From Sphyrna mokarran (lineage: Eukaryota), in assembly GCA_024679065.1 (NCBI GenBank), contig JAGIQG010000016.1:31000001-31064000 (forward strand): a stretch of 64,000 bases of DNA. Reading direction: 5' to 3'. A program made the translations under genes and the position numbers. Every line of letters starts with the position of its first letter. Position 1 is the stretch's first letter. The notes under the pieces were generated by a model, which was given only the letters and a program-made list of their open reading frames with translations, ran no database searches and had not been told where the DNA came from. Below, piece after piece: positions 25,463 through 37,811 of the stretch.

Positions 25463-26151
25463 AAGGAACAATTCTCCCTAAAGTGCTGAGTTCACAGGAA
25501 AACTGTTCTAAATCCCAATTGTTCAGTAGTTCAGCTTCTCACCTGACTCTCCCCACTGTGTGCACTGAAGATGCCCCAGTCGTGAATATCATTAAAAACT
25601 TGAGGGCGGGACCTATTCGCACTGGAGTTTGACCGTTCTGGAACTCTGCGCATGCGCAGATGCCCGATGCAGTGCCAAGATGTCCACTGAACATGGGCAC
25701 TTTGCCCCTTGGACTGTGCCAGGGGCACAGGCTGGCACTGCCAAGGTGCCCATGCCCAGGGGTATCTGTCCCCACTGCCCAATCCCCTGCGAGGCCTTGA
25801 TTGCACCCACCCCCCCCCCTCCCCACTTCATTCTGGTGGGATCTCCCGCTAGCTCCTTGAAAGTGGGAATCTAGTCTGAACCCTATTAAAATGAAATATT
25901 CCTGGCGGGGTGGAGATTCAATTGGGACCTGAAAGTTCCAATAATTAACAAATCTATATATTTAAAATAGATTTCAAACAGATTTAAATGACTTACCTGC
26001 CTTCCCGCTGATTTCCAGCATGATCTGACCGATGACTGTTCACCAGCTCTGGGAGATGTGCATTCGCAAATCCCCGTTCAATGCCGCAGACGCGCATCTC
26101 CTGGCCGGACCCACCAGAAAAGTGGGGTGCTGCAATGGGAGAATCACAGCC
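25463..26151. mobile_element. Non-autonomous Harbinger-like element
   Basis: Imperfect TIRs 'ggaacaattctccc'...'gggagaatcacagcc'; internal homology to the 17561 and 49764 copies. Confidence 0.65.
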
Positions 26152-27524
26152 GTGATTTCTTTGTGTGATTTGTGAATAATTCACCTGAATATAATTCATA
26201 AAATGCTTGTAATGTGTAAAGTGTTGTGAAGTTCATAATGCATACAAATGAGTGAAATAATCAAAGAGGGTCACTGGAAGTTCATCACTCATCCGGTGAC
26301 TGGATCAGCCATTCTACAATGGAGTTTCGCCATAAGATCTGCATCATTGTCTCGGCTTTTCCTTTTAAACCTTCTCCATGTCAGTGTTTACATCTTCAGT
26401 TTCAGGAGTGGGCATGCAGGGGTGGGAGTAAATGTAACCAAATTTCTCAGTTGGTTTTCTCCTTCAAGAATGAAATCAATTAGCTTGAAGGCATCGATGA
26501 TGAAAAGATACACTCTGATAAAAAAGCCTCAGGGGAGAGAAGAACCCATTACTGTGCAAAGCATTCCTGATGCTCCGCTTGGTCAACCTCCCGCCTGTTC
26601 CAGAAAGTGCTTTCATTGATCTGGATAGCTACTTAAATTAGCACTTTGTCCTGGGATTGAAAAGAATCTCCTCTTCACTTCAGTTTCATCATGCCCTCTC
26701 ATTGTCTTCCTTGACTTTTGAAAGTCACAGAATGTCATTTTTTTACTGTGACTCATGCTTTAACTGAAAAACATATTTATTAAACAGAAAATGACTAGAC
26801 AAATAATAGCTGTACCAGATTGTAGTTTCTATTTTAAGGATATTTTTGGGAAAAGAAGAATAAAAACAATTGTTGCAATTGGTGTGCAAGATTATTGACT
26901 CCTGGGTCTGTGGTCAATGGTGAACGAAAGGCCAAGTAAATAGGCATCCTCTTAACCAATTAGATTAAAGAATTGTTCATGGAGTTTGAACCAGAAATCT
27001 AAGTTGGAATATTTCACCACTTATCAATTCAGATACAGAAAATGAAGAAAAGAGAGGCAGAGAAAAATTGGATTAAAAGAGATTTAAAAAAGACAGGACT
27101 TGTCAAATATGTTATGTACTTTAATTTAAAAGATCTCCAACAATCATTTCATGTCAAATGAGGCTCTATACTTGTTAAAATTAATTTTTAGTGCCAGAGA
27201 GGTTATTTGCCAATAATTTAGATTCATCATACCATTAAAAAATGAGTACAATAGAAAAGAGAATTTTTTTTGGTGGTGAATTTAGTTCGTGTATATCAGG
27301 TAGGTATAGCAAATTTACATCTTTCTATGTATTTCAGAGGTGAGCCTCTAGACAAGACATCATTGTTGCATAGTTTTTGAAGGAACAAGGCACCTCAATA
27401 AATAGCTTCCCATTTTATACTTTTCACTGTGTATGTGCATTTGCTGAAAGTTACCGTCTGACTACTTTTGAAATAGCGATGTCCCTATCATTTTTGCCAC
27501 AATATTCAATCCAGGATATATTCC

Positions 27525-28742
27525 CAAGTACTGACACATCTGTTAGAATTCTTTGAGGAGGTAATGAAGAAGTTAGACAAAGGACAGCTAGTGGACATGA
27601 TTTATTTGGATTTACAGAAAGGCCTTGACAAGATGCCTTACAGGATACTGCTAAATAAGCTAAGAGCCAATGGTGTTAGAGGCAAGGTATTAGCTGATAT
27701 ACAGAAGATAGAGAGTGGGATAAGGGGGTCCTTTTCAGGATGACAACTGATAATTAGTGTGTTTCACAAGGGCCAGTGTTGGGACCACAACTTTTTACTA
27801 TATACATTAATAATCTGGATGATGAAACTGAGGGCATGGTTGCTAAATTTGCAGATCCTGCAAAGATATGCAGAGGGATATATAGTGTTTAGAAAGTGGG
27901 AAGGTTGCAGAATGACTTGGACAGGCTAGGAAAATGAGCAAAAAAGTAGAATACAATGTGGAAAAGTGTAAGATTATGTACTTTGGTAGGAAGAATAGAG
28001 GTATGGTCTAGTTTCTAAATGGGGAGAGGCTTCGGAAATCTGAAGCACAAAGAGACGAGTGAGTCCTGATTCAGGAATCTCTTAAGGTTTACCTGCAGCT
28101 TCAGTTGGCAGTTAGGAAGGCAAATTCAATGTTAGCATTAATTTCTAGAGTGCTATAATACATGAGCAGGGATATGCTGAGCTGTACTGTTGGCCAAACA
28201 CCATTTGGAATATTGTCAGCAGTTTTAGGCTGCTGGATGAGCTAACTTAAAAGAGGGTTCGGAGGAGGTTCACTAAAATTATCCAAAGAATGAAGGGTTT
28301 GCCACATAAGGAGCGCTTGAGGAGTCTGGGTCTATACTCAATGGAGTTTAGAAGGGTGAGAGAGGATCTAATTGAAATTTACAGAATACTGAGAGGCCTA
28401 GTTAAAGTGGACATGGAGAGAGGGTTTCCACCAGTGGGAGAAACTGAAGGGACAACCTCAGAGTGAAGGAATACTCTTTTAAAACTGAGATGAGGAGGAA
28501 TTTGTTCAGCCATAAGGTGGTGAATCTGTGGAACTCATTGCCATGGGAAGTTTTGGAGGCCAAGTCACTGAATATCTTTAAGATAGAAATGGATAGGTTC
28601 TTGATCAATAAGGGGATCAAGGATTACATGGAGAAGGCAGGAGAGTGGGGATGAGAATTATTTCAGCCATGATTGAATGGTGGAGCAGATTCAATGGGCC
28701 AAATGATCTAATTCAGCTCTTATATTTAATGGTCTTACGGTA
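27525..28742 (+). mobile_element. CR1 LINE, RT domain to 3' tail, decayed
   Basis: Motifs YLDLQK (LDF.KAFD equivalent), 'gtgttgggaccacaactt' (VLGPQL), 'aaatttgcagat' (KFAD); ORF 28463..28654 RRNLFSHKVVNLWNSLP. Many stops. Confidence 0.9.
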
Positions 28743-28851
28743 CTGATTAATTTTCTTACTCATGTTTCATTCACATTGTCTGCCCTAATCACCCCTCTCC
28801 AAATGTTTCAATCGGATTCCACAATTTTTTTGTTCTTTCACAATTGCAGGT

Positions 28852-29245
28852 ATCATTTGCTAAGCCAGCATTTATTTGCCGTCTGTAATTGTCCTTGACA
28901 AGGTGGTGGTGAGCTATCTTCTTGAACTACTGCAATTATTTTCCCTTGTTACACCCAAAGTGCTGGTAGGAAGGAAGTTCCAGTATTTTGACACAGTGAC
29001 AATGAAGGAATGGTATTAAATTTCCAAGTCAAGACACTGAGTGACTTGGAGAAGAACTTGCAGGTGGTGATGTTCCCACATTCCTGCTTCTGTTGTCATT
29101 TTGGGTGAAGAGGACATGAGTTTGGAACATGCTGTCAAAGGAAATTTGCTGCAGGGCATCTTCTAGATTTTCCATTTTGCCTCGAGGATGGAGGGAATGA
29201 ATCATTCAGTCAGTAAATGGAGTGCCAATCAAATGGATTGTTTTT
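28852..29245 (-). mobile_element. 3' end of a different CR1-clade LINE whose tail is shared with the second SINE family
   Basis: Minus translation F..TVSKYWNFLP...FKKIAHHHL, followed by 'ggcaaataaatgctggc', the same tail as the SINEs at 10377, 14311 and others. Confidence 0.6.
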
Positions 29246-30201
29246 ATTCTGGGTGGCATGGTGACAAAGTGGTTAGCACTGCTGCTTCACAGGGCAGGGA
29301 AGCAATTTTGATCCCATCCTTGGACATCTGCTTGTGTGTAGTTTGCAAGTTTTCCTCGTGTCTGCATGGGTTTCTTCCGGATGCTCCGGTTTCCTCCTAC
29401 AGCCAGGTTTTAAATTACTGCAGCACTCCATTCTCAGGCAAGGATTTCTCTTTATAAGTGGTTTAACTTCCTTTTTTGAAAAACACACTCCTTTTGATAA
29501 AACTACAGTTGTCAGTTAAGCTTTGTAAACGTTGCAGTTGGGAAAAATGTAGATTCATTCGACTGTGAACAGAAATGAAAATAAATACAGATGACTGGAG
29601 GCTGAGTAGAAATCCATTAAGCTCTCAATGGAAGCTTATTTCGAAACACTGCACTTTGAAATTGACAGAGATTAAAGTTTTCCAATACAATAGAGAGGGT
29701 TTCAAAGGTTTCAGCTTGTTCTGAAAGTTCAGAAACTTCGACCAGAAATTTCCTGTTCCACCAGCTGTGGGAATCATAGGACAGAAAACTTAAAGGTCTG
29801 TTAACCTTGAGCTGGAATTTCTAGTTGGGGCACATGGGGCTGGAAAATCCTGAACTCCAAATCAAAGTGGTGTGAATACAATGGGGCTAAGTGCACAGCT
29901 ATGGGGAATGGACCCACCCTCAACCCTCAGTGAAATCAGATTTCTGTCAGTGAACTTCATAGGAGTCTCCTCACATCTGCGGTTTCTAACAGGGAGAAAG
30001 GGAAATCTCTGTTACAGAATGAAGTTTAAAAGCCTACCATGTGACTAGGGACATGGAAAATTTTCACAGCTGACAGGCAAGAGTGAAGATGTTGATCACC
30101 CAGCTACCTGAAATCGCCATGCCAGGAGTAATCTTCCAGGTCTGCCAGGGCTAAAAGTGGCGGTCCAGCCACAAGGTCTCCATCCTGGGGGAGAGTGGTG
30201 A

Positions 30202-30453
30202 GTTTAATTTGCTTCAATCGAAGCATCTGTAGTTGGCATATGCAATCAGTAAGCCTCAGGAGAAACATTTCTCTTTAATCCTGTTTGAGCTAAAAATCTT
30301 CAACATAATAAAATTTGGGTTTTGATATCAAATTTTCTCTCAACTTCAAATCTTACTTTGAGATTCACAAATCCAAAACAAAATAAGAACAAATTTGGAC
30401 CTCAACCAGAGCAGTTCCCTGACACTGCAGCAGTGATAGCCACACCTCATCCT
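30202..30453 (+). repeat. Copy 1 of a diverged direct repeat of about 250 bp
   Basis: Aligns with 31658-31899; shared blocks include gtttaatttgcttca, catatgcaatca, catttctctttaatcc, ctttgagattcacaaa and aataagaacaaatttggac. Confidence 0.85.
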
Positions 30454-30738
30454 GACAATGACAGAGGGACAAATGATCACTGGATGTACCACCTTGATCC
30501 CTTGGAGCCCAAGGTGCCAGGCCAGGGTATCAGTGCCAAGGTGACAGAGCAGCACACTGTTGGCACTGCCAAAACCTGTAGCCTAAAGGTGGGGTCTGAG
30601 GAAAGGGAGGGAGATTGAGTGTGGGGGCTGAGTGTGGGGAATGGGGATCTGAGGGGGGAAGGGTCTGAGTGGGGTATCCGTGGAGGGAGAAGCGCTGAGT
30701 GCCGGGTCTGAGAGGAGCTGAGTTGCGGAGCGGGGTGG

Positions 30739-30741
<3 letters not shown>

Positions 30742-30811
<70 letters not shown>
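30742..30811 (+). repeat. 70-nt poly-G homopolymer
   Basis: Counted directly; lies in a G-rich Harbinger-like segment. Confidence 0.95.
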
Positions 30812-31657
30812 CGCGGTGAGGTGGGTGGGTTGAGGGGGGAGGGGTCTGAAGGAGGGATTGAGTATGCGGTGGAAGTGAATGCTGTGGGGAGGATGCCTCT
30901 TTTTGCTGAAGAATTGGTGGTACTCCCCTGGACTCTTGGGTCCAGCACACCATGTTACATTGGTGATGACTAACACCAAAGCTGTCTGGGAGTCTCGTGT
31001 GGGGGAGGGGTGGCACTGCTGGTGAATTGGCTATCAAACCGGCTAATTGTATTACAATTTGCGGGTTTGCATACGTTTTGGCTTGCCGTCTACTATGGTT
31101 GAGAACCTGATCAGGGCCAGCAGGTCCCCTGATGTTTAAAGCAATGACTGATAAATTCCTGATTAACAATAATGTAAGGGGTTGTAGGGATAATAGATGT
31201 AAAAGACACGGATGCCAGAATTTTGCTGCCTCGCCTATCCAAGGCTTATAAGATCCCACTCAAGGCTAATTATGGCGTGAGAGTTTTGGTAAAATTCCAG
31301 CATGAATATCTGATCAGCCATGATCGCATTGAATAACAGCAAGCTTGATGGGCTGATTGGCCTATTCCAGTTGCTATGTTCACAATGTGTTTCATTTTGC
31401 TGCTACTGCTGGGCTCATCTTTTATGGATCTCAGGAAAACTACACCAAAAGCGATTTTTTTAATCACATTTTTTAAAAAAAATAAGTGCCTGTTCCCGCA
31501 GGTTTCTTAATTTGCAGTAGATTACATTGTGAACTTGGCATTTCAACCTACTTTGAAGAAAGTGGAAAACATTGCCTATTAGGAGGTAATTGGTGACATT
31601 GAGGCTGTGGATCAATAAAGATCTGTCAAGAAAAATTTTGAGAGACTTCTTTTGCAG

Positions 31658-31899
31658 GTTTAATTTGCTTCAGTTCAAGCTTTTGCAGTCAGCATATGCA
31701 ATCAATGAGTCTCAGGAGTGGCATTTCTCTTTAATCCAGACTGAACCAAAAAGCTTCGACATAACAACATTCAGGTTTCGACATCAAAGTTTCAACTGCA
31801 ACTCTTTCTTTGAGATTCACAAAGTTAAGGCACAATAAGAACAAATTTGGACACTAACCAGAGCACTTCCCTGAGACTGCGGCAGTGACACCTCTTCCT
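31658..31899 (+). repeat. Copy 2 of the diverged direct repeat
   Basis: Aligns with 30202-30453. Confidence 0.85.
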
Positions 31900-32034
31900 C
31901 ACTAACCTGGGAACTCAGGGGAATTGACATAAACTCCAGATAACCAGCATAATCCCTGGTGAAGAAATGTAAATCCTGGAGAAGTAAAGTAACCCCTCAG
32001 AGAGCAGAACAACAGAAGAAAGAGGAGCAGGAGC

Positions 32035-32560
32035 TAACATGTCAGCTACGACGCTCACCAACTTTTACAGATGCATCATAGAAAGCATTCTTTCTGGTTG
32101 TTTCGCAGCTTGGTATGGCTCCTGCTGTATCCAAGACCATAAAAAACTATAAAGCTTATGAAATAAGCCCAGCCCATCATGCAGCCTCCCACCCATCAAC
32201 TTGGTCTACACTTCCTGCTGCCTTGGCAGAGCAGAGAGCATAAATAAGGATCACACGCTCCCCAGATATTCTCTCTTCCACCTTCTTCTGTCAGGAAAAA
32301 GATACAAAATTCTGACGTCACATAGCAACCAACTCAAGAACAGCTTCCTCCTTGCTGCCATCAGACCCTTGAACACATTTACTTCATACTAAGTTGATCT
32401 TTCTCTGCACCTTAGCTATGACTGTGACACTACATTCTGCACTCTCTCCTTTCCTTCTCTATGAATGGTGTGCTTTGTTGGTATAGCATGCAAGAAACAA
32501 TATTTTTCACTGCGTATTGATACATGTAACAATAACAAATCAAATCAAATTAAATCAAAA
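32035..32560 (+). mobile_element. Rex1/Babar-type LINE 3' end inserted in a minus-strand CR1 tail (about 32005-32900)
   Basis: Translation LTNFYRCIIESILSGCFAAWYGSC...SLFHLLLSGKRY...LKNSF...AIR.LN, followed by an (AAATC)n tail. Confidence 0.8.
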
Positions 32561-33301
32561 GGGGAGGGCCATTTTGTCCTTGCAGCATGCTCCACCATTC
32601 TTTAAGATCATGGCTGAAGTTGTTCTTCAAGTCCACTTCCTGCACTTATCCCCATTTTCCTCAATTCTCTTAGTATCCAAAAATCTATCAATCCATGTAT
32701 TGAATAAACCTTGCAACTGAAAATCCACAGCTCCCTTGGGTAGAGAATTCCAACCCTTTACCAGTGAAGATATCTCCTCATCTCAGTTTTAAATGGCTAC
32801 CCCATTAATCTGAGAGTGTGATTCCGAAGTTCTAGACTTCTCAGATGGGACAAAGATTCTCTTGGTATTTAACCTCTAAATCCCCTTGACAATTTCTTGA
32901 GCTAAAAATTGGTTAACTTTGTCTATTGGGCACATAGACCAGAATTCTACCACCCTGCTTGCCATGGAATTGGAGCGTGAGGGAAGGACTGGCTTCTCCA
33001 GTCTCGCTTGAGCAAGGCCAGAAGATCCCACCCATTGATCATGATGCACGGCATGCCCAAGCCTATTCACATCCATGCAAACTTGTATACCTACCTCACC
33101 TGAATGACTAAGGCATTAGTTTGTGCAGCAGCCATGCTGCTTTCTACCCTTTAATCAAACTGCTTCTTCCCTTTGTGAATAATAGCAGAATCTGTGGCAC
33201 AATAAAAAGAAGGAAGAATAGGGTTTATGTAAATGAGAACGAATTGGGGCCACAATGAATGGATCAGAATTAGGGTTAACATTTGTATGAGCTGAGGATG
33301 A

Positions 33302-33635
33302 GGGGGTCAGTGTGAATTGGGGGTCAGTGTGAATTGAGGGTAAGTGGGGTCAGTGTGAATTGGGGGTGAGTGGGGTTCAGTGTGAATTGGGGGTCAGTGT
33401 GACTCAGGGTGAGTGGGGTCAGTGTGAATTGCAGGTGAATGGGATCAGTATGAATTGGGGGTCAATGTGAATTGAGGGTGAGTGAGGTCAGTGTGAATTG
33501 GGGTGAATGGGATCATTGTGAATCAGGGTGAGTGGAGTCAATGTGAATTGGGGGTGAGTGGGGTCAGTATGAACTGGGGTCGGTGTGAATTGGGGGTGAG
33601 TGGGGGGTCAGTGTGAATCAAAGTGAGTGGGTCAC
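33302..33635 (+). repeat. G-rich minisatellite with units of about 17 and 26 bp
   Basis: Repeats of GGGGTCAGTGTGAATTG, with or without GGGGTGAGT. Confidence 0.9.
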
Positions 33636-33649
33636 TGTAAGATCACGTT

Positions 33650-34995
33650 TGTAAAACCTTTGGAAGTGTTTTGAGGATGTTACTAACAGCGTTGATAAAG
33701 CGGATTTGATGGGTTTGTAAAGTCCTCATAGGAGGTTGTTTAGCAAAATTAAAGCACATGGAATAGGAGGTAACATACTGACATAGATCATGGATTGGCT
33801 AACAGACAGGAAACAGAAAGTACAGATTAAACCATAAGTCTTGTGTTGGCAGGGTGTGATGAGTTGGGTACTCAGGGATAAGTACTCAGGCTCCAGCTTT
33901 TGGTAGGGTGTGATGAGTTGGGTACTCAGGGATAAGTACTCAGGCTCCAGCTGTTGGCAGGGTGTGACTAGTGGAGTACACATGGATAAGTACTCAGGCT
34001 CCAGCTGTTCAAATATTTATTAATGATTTGATAATAATTCCAAATTTGCATATATCATAAAGCTAGGTGGGAATGTGTTGTGAGGGACATGAAAAGTGGC
34101 TTAAAGCTGATTTGGACAGACTTAGTGAGTGGAAAGAACATGGCAGATGGAATATAATATGAAAAAATGTAAAGTTATCTACTTTGATAGGAGAAACAGA
34201 TGTGCAGAGAATTTCCTAAATGGTGAGAGATTAAAAAATATGCAAAAGGAGCTGAGTGTCCTCATCAGTAAACACAATAATGCCACAGGCAATTCAGAAG
34301 GCTCATGGTATGTTGGCCTTTTTCTCAAGAGGGTTTGAGTACTGGAGTAATGAAGACTTAGTTCAATTGTTTGTTTGGATTGGAATACTCTGAGTTTTGG
34401 TCCCCTCGCCTTAGGAAGGATATTATTGCTACGAAGGGAATGTAGTGAAGGTTCATCAGACTTGGTCCTGAGCTCCCAAAAGGGAAAAGAAACAGTTCAG
34501 ACCAGTATTCTTATTTCCTACACTATTTTTAATTCTGGGGTAGTAGGACTGACCCATGAAGAAATATTGGGGAAACTGGGCCTATATTTTCTGGAGTTTC
34601 AGAGAATGAAAAGTGATCTCATTAAAATCTACAAAATACTTAAAGGGAGAGACAGGATAGCTGCAAGAGGTGTTTCCACTATTTGGAGAGTCTGGAACCA
34701 AGCAGCACTATTTCAAATCATGGGGAAGACACTTAGGATTGAGATGAGGAGATTTTTTTGTATTATTCAGAGGCTGTAAATCTTTGGGATTCTCTATCCC
34801 ATAAAACTGTGAATGTGCAGTCACTGAATATGTTTAGAGTAGAGATCAACAGATTTGTAAATGCCAGAGACAAAGGGATAGGGTGATAATGTGGAGAAAA
34901 GACATTGAAGAGGATAATTGGCCATGATTATGTTGAATAGTAGAGCAGGCTCAATGGGCTGAATGGTCTACCCCTGCTCCTGTGTTCCTATGTAA
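33650..34995 (+). mobile_element. Decayed CR1 LINE (RT to 3' tail) with an internal 54-bp triplication
   Basis: HRRLFSKIKAHGIGGNIL..., WQMEYNMKKCKVIYF, LGKLGLYFLEFQRMKSDLIKIYKILKG; tail 'cccctgctcctgtgttcctatg'. Confidence 0.85.
33846..34007 (+). repeat. Tandem repeat, 3 x 54 bp
   Basis: Units 33846-33899, 33900-33953 and 33954-34007 (TTGGCAGGGTGTGA...TACTCAGGCTCCAGCT). Confidence 0.95.
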
Positions 34996-36424
34996 TGTGA
35001 ATTAAAAGCACCAGCATTAATTGAGGAGAAAATTACTAATGTTAGAAGAAAATCCATAACAGAAACACAGACCTTACAGGAACCTTTCTTTGCTCAAAAA
35101 GCAGGCTCCATTTTAAATAGAATTCTTAATCAAAAGTAGAGTTAACTTCAATGGATTGTGCAGCTCTGAAATAGACAGCAATTGTCTGTTTTGCAGAACA
35201 ACCCAAGGCAAATTTATACCTCAAACTATCCAGTGACTTTTATATTAAAGATCAAGCTTACACTGTGAAGGCCAACCTGTTCAGTTGTGGCCATTGCCTG
35301 AAAAAACTGGCTCCATTGATGGAAGTTGTCAAATTGACATTCTTTTAAAAAGCAAAATCCTTCCTGTGAGTCTGTCAAATCCGTCCATGTAGCTTCCTGT
35401 GTTTCATTTTGCCTTCCTCTACATCTTCAGCATATGGCAAGTAAACCTGTCAGGTATTTAGTTTTTGTCAGAAAGGTTTAAGCAATTTCATGTCAAACCT
35501 AAAACAAAGGATAGGACAAAAAAATGGCTGTGAAATACATTTTGCATCAACATATATTAGATTGCTTTCTCGGCTCTTTTCAAAGTTAATGTCATTAACT
35601 TGCACCTGCACAACCAGAATAATGCAGAATGATTGAAATATGGAGAAATGTTGTTTTGCAATCAATATTGAGGCAGTTTCTGTCAGCAAATGCTATTATC
35701 TTTATGCCACATTAGGCAGACACTTACACAAAGTAATATCCAAACTCCCACACTAGCCGATAGTGACATATTTCAATCTGTCACATAATCTTGTTTATTT
35801 AAAATTATAGGCTGCCACATTTGCCATGGCAACCAACTACCCCTTTACTTTGACGGAATATAGGCTGTTACGATGTTTATCTATATGTTCAGTCAACCAA
35901 GTTATACATGTTGAGCAAATAGATGCTTGCTAATGACCCTTCCTGCTTAAATTAATGAAGAAATTATTATCGTCATGAAAAATGTAGACGTTTCAGTAAA
36001 AACATCTTAAAAGATACTGAGTAATTTTTTAAAAATTAACTTGCGTCAGTGAAATGGTGCATGCAAATGAGAATGCAGTCGAGTCCGCACAAGCACTTTA
36101 TTGATTGAGCCATGAATCTCGTACATGCATTGAAGATAAATGTTTAGAGCTTTTGAAATTAGGTCTTGCAGAGGAGAAAGGCTGGTTCCCCTTGAGCCCC
36201 AGTAAGCAATGCAAAGTCTTAGTGATTATCCAAGATTATTTCCTGTTTCAGACCTTTAGAAAATAGACAATTATGCACATCAATTTAACAATGTTCCATA
36301 ATCACTTGAAGTTAATATTCCTTTACCCCTTTTAATTGTTTTTTAAATATATAATACATATGTGACTATTACAATCTTGTGATCTGTGTGCATGGCTATC
36401 AAAATCTCTTAAGGACATCAGCTA

Positions 36425-37035
36425 GCTTTTATAAAACGGATTTATAAGGATGATACCCGAACTGTGAGGTTATAACTATCAGGAAAAGATGAAGAGGCTG
36501 TGACTCTTTTCTATAGAGAATAGAAGGCTGAGGGGTGACCTGACAGAGGTCTAGAAGGGACTTAAAAGCAAATGTTTTCACATGTAGGAGAGACTAAAAA
36601 CTGGAAGCCATAAATATGAGATGGTGATATGTTACAGTTTACTCATGGAGGCTGAGTTGCTGTGGCAACATTCCCTTCTTACATGCATGTTACAGTCTGG
36701 AGCTAAGGATACTGATGGTAGAGGTTCCAATTTTCTTTCCATCAGGTAGCTGAGGAGGATTCTTTTCCACTCCCTCCACTGCTATTTATGCTGTGAACTC
36801 ACCTTGCTTGGCCACATCCATACAGAGGTTGGGACGTGACTGCTGTGGTACAAGACCTCTGCATGTGAAGTTGGTACTGATGAAACCAATTAATATTCAG
36901 GGGAAATGTCCTTATGCAAAATGTAATGTTAATATATAAAACTCACTATGACAAGGGGAAGTTGAGGCAAATAGCAGAAAAATATTTAAAGGAAGCCAAA
37001 TAAACATGTAAGGGGAAAGGGAATGGAGGACATGC
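36425..37035 (+). mobile_element. Old CR1 3' fragment with an internal insertion
   Basis: 'gaagaggctgtgactcttttctatagagaatagaaggctgaggggtgacctgacagaggtc' (L.LFS.E.RRLRGDL.EV). Confidence 0.6.
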
Positions 37036-37042
37036 TAATCAT

Positions 37043-37323
37043 GTTTATTTATTAGTCACAAGTAGGCTTACATTAATACTGCAATGAAGTTACTGTGAAA
37101 ATCCCTTACTCGCCAAACTCCGCCACTGTTCAGGGACACTGAGGGAGAATTTAGCATGGCCAATGTATCTAACCAGCATATCTGAGGAAGTAAACTGGAG
37201 CACCCAGAAGAAACCCATACAGACATGGGGAGAACATGCACAGAGAGACCCAAATCGGGAATTGAACTCAGAACATTAGCTCTGTGAGGCAGCAGTGCTA
37301 ACCGCTATGCCACCACGCCACCC
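37043..37323 (-). mobile_element. HE1/V-SINE (short-tail variant)
   Basis: Reverse complement matches 8145-8450. Confidence 0.85.
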
Positions 37324-37811
37324 AAATGTGAGATAAAGTAGGTTGGGAGAAGGCCTATATGGAGCATTAAAGTTGGCCTACAATATCAGGCTCAAAAGCT
37401 TGTTTCTGTGCTACATGTAAGTCGACATAACCACTAACATTTCCTTTGCTATATTCTCAAAATCCTAAGTGCATAGATGAATGTCCCCCACTAAGACTGG
37501 ATTGGAAAACAGACACATAAAACTACTATACTACCCTGAATTTAATGTCTATTGGGTTCCAGGTTGACAAAAATTGGAAATCATTTCTCCCTCATAAGAC
37601 TATCAAAAACTGGAATATAAAATATACTCTTTTATTTAAAAAGTGACAGGAAATGGCTTGTAAAATTACAACTACCCAATTGGATTGTTCTGGATGTTTC
37701 CCATATCATAAATCAGCAACAATCTAAGCTTAGTTTTTTGTTAACAAATCTAGCCTAAGTTTGGACTGCTTCAGGGTTCAGACAGATTAGAAGTCAGTCA
37801 GGGCTACTTTC

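Noticed and set aside
30477-31259. 260-aa, 149-aa and 121-aa proline-rich ORFs
   Set aside because: Produced by the G70 homopolymer and G-rich flanks; poly-Pro appears in all three minus frames.
33726-33983. ORF with an 18-aa repeat (LEPEYLSLSTQLITP)
   Set aside because: Antisense translation of the 54-bp triplication in a CR1.
33302-34007. Possible CRISPR-like array
   Set aside because: The repeats are contiguous tandem units without unique spacers, the context is eukaryotic, and there are no cas genes.
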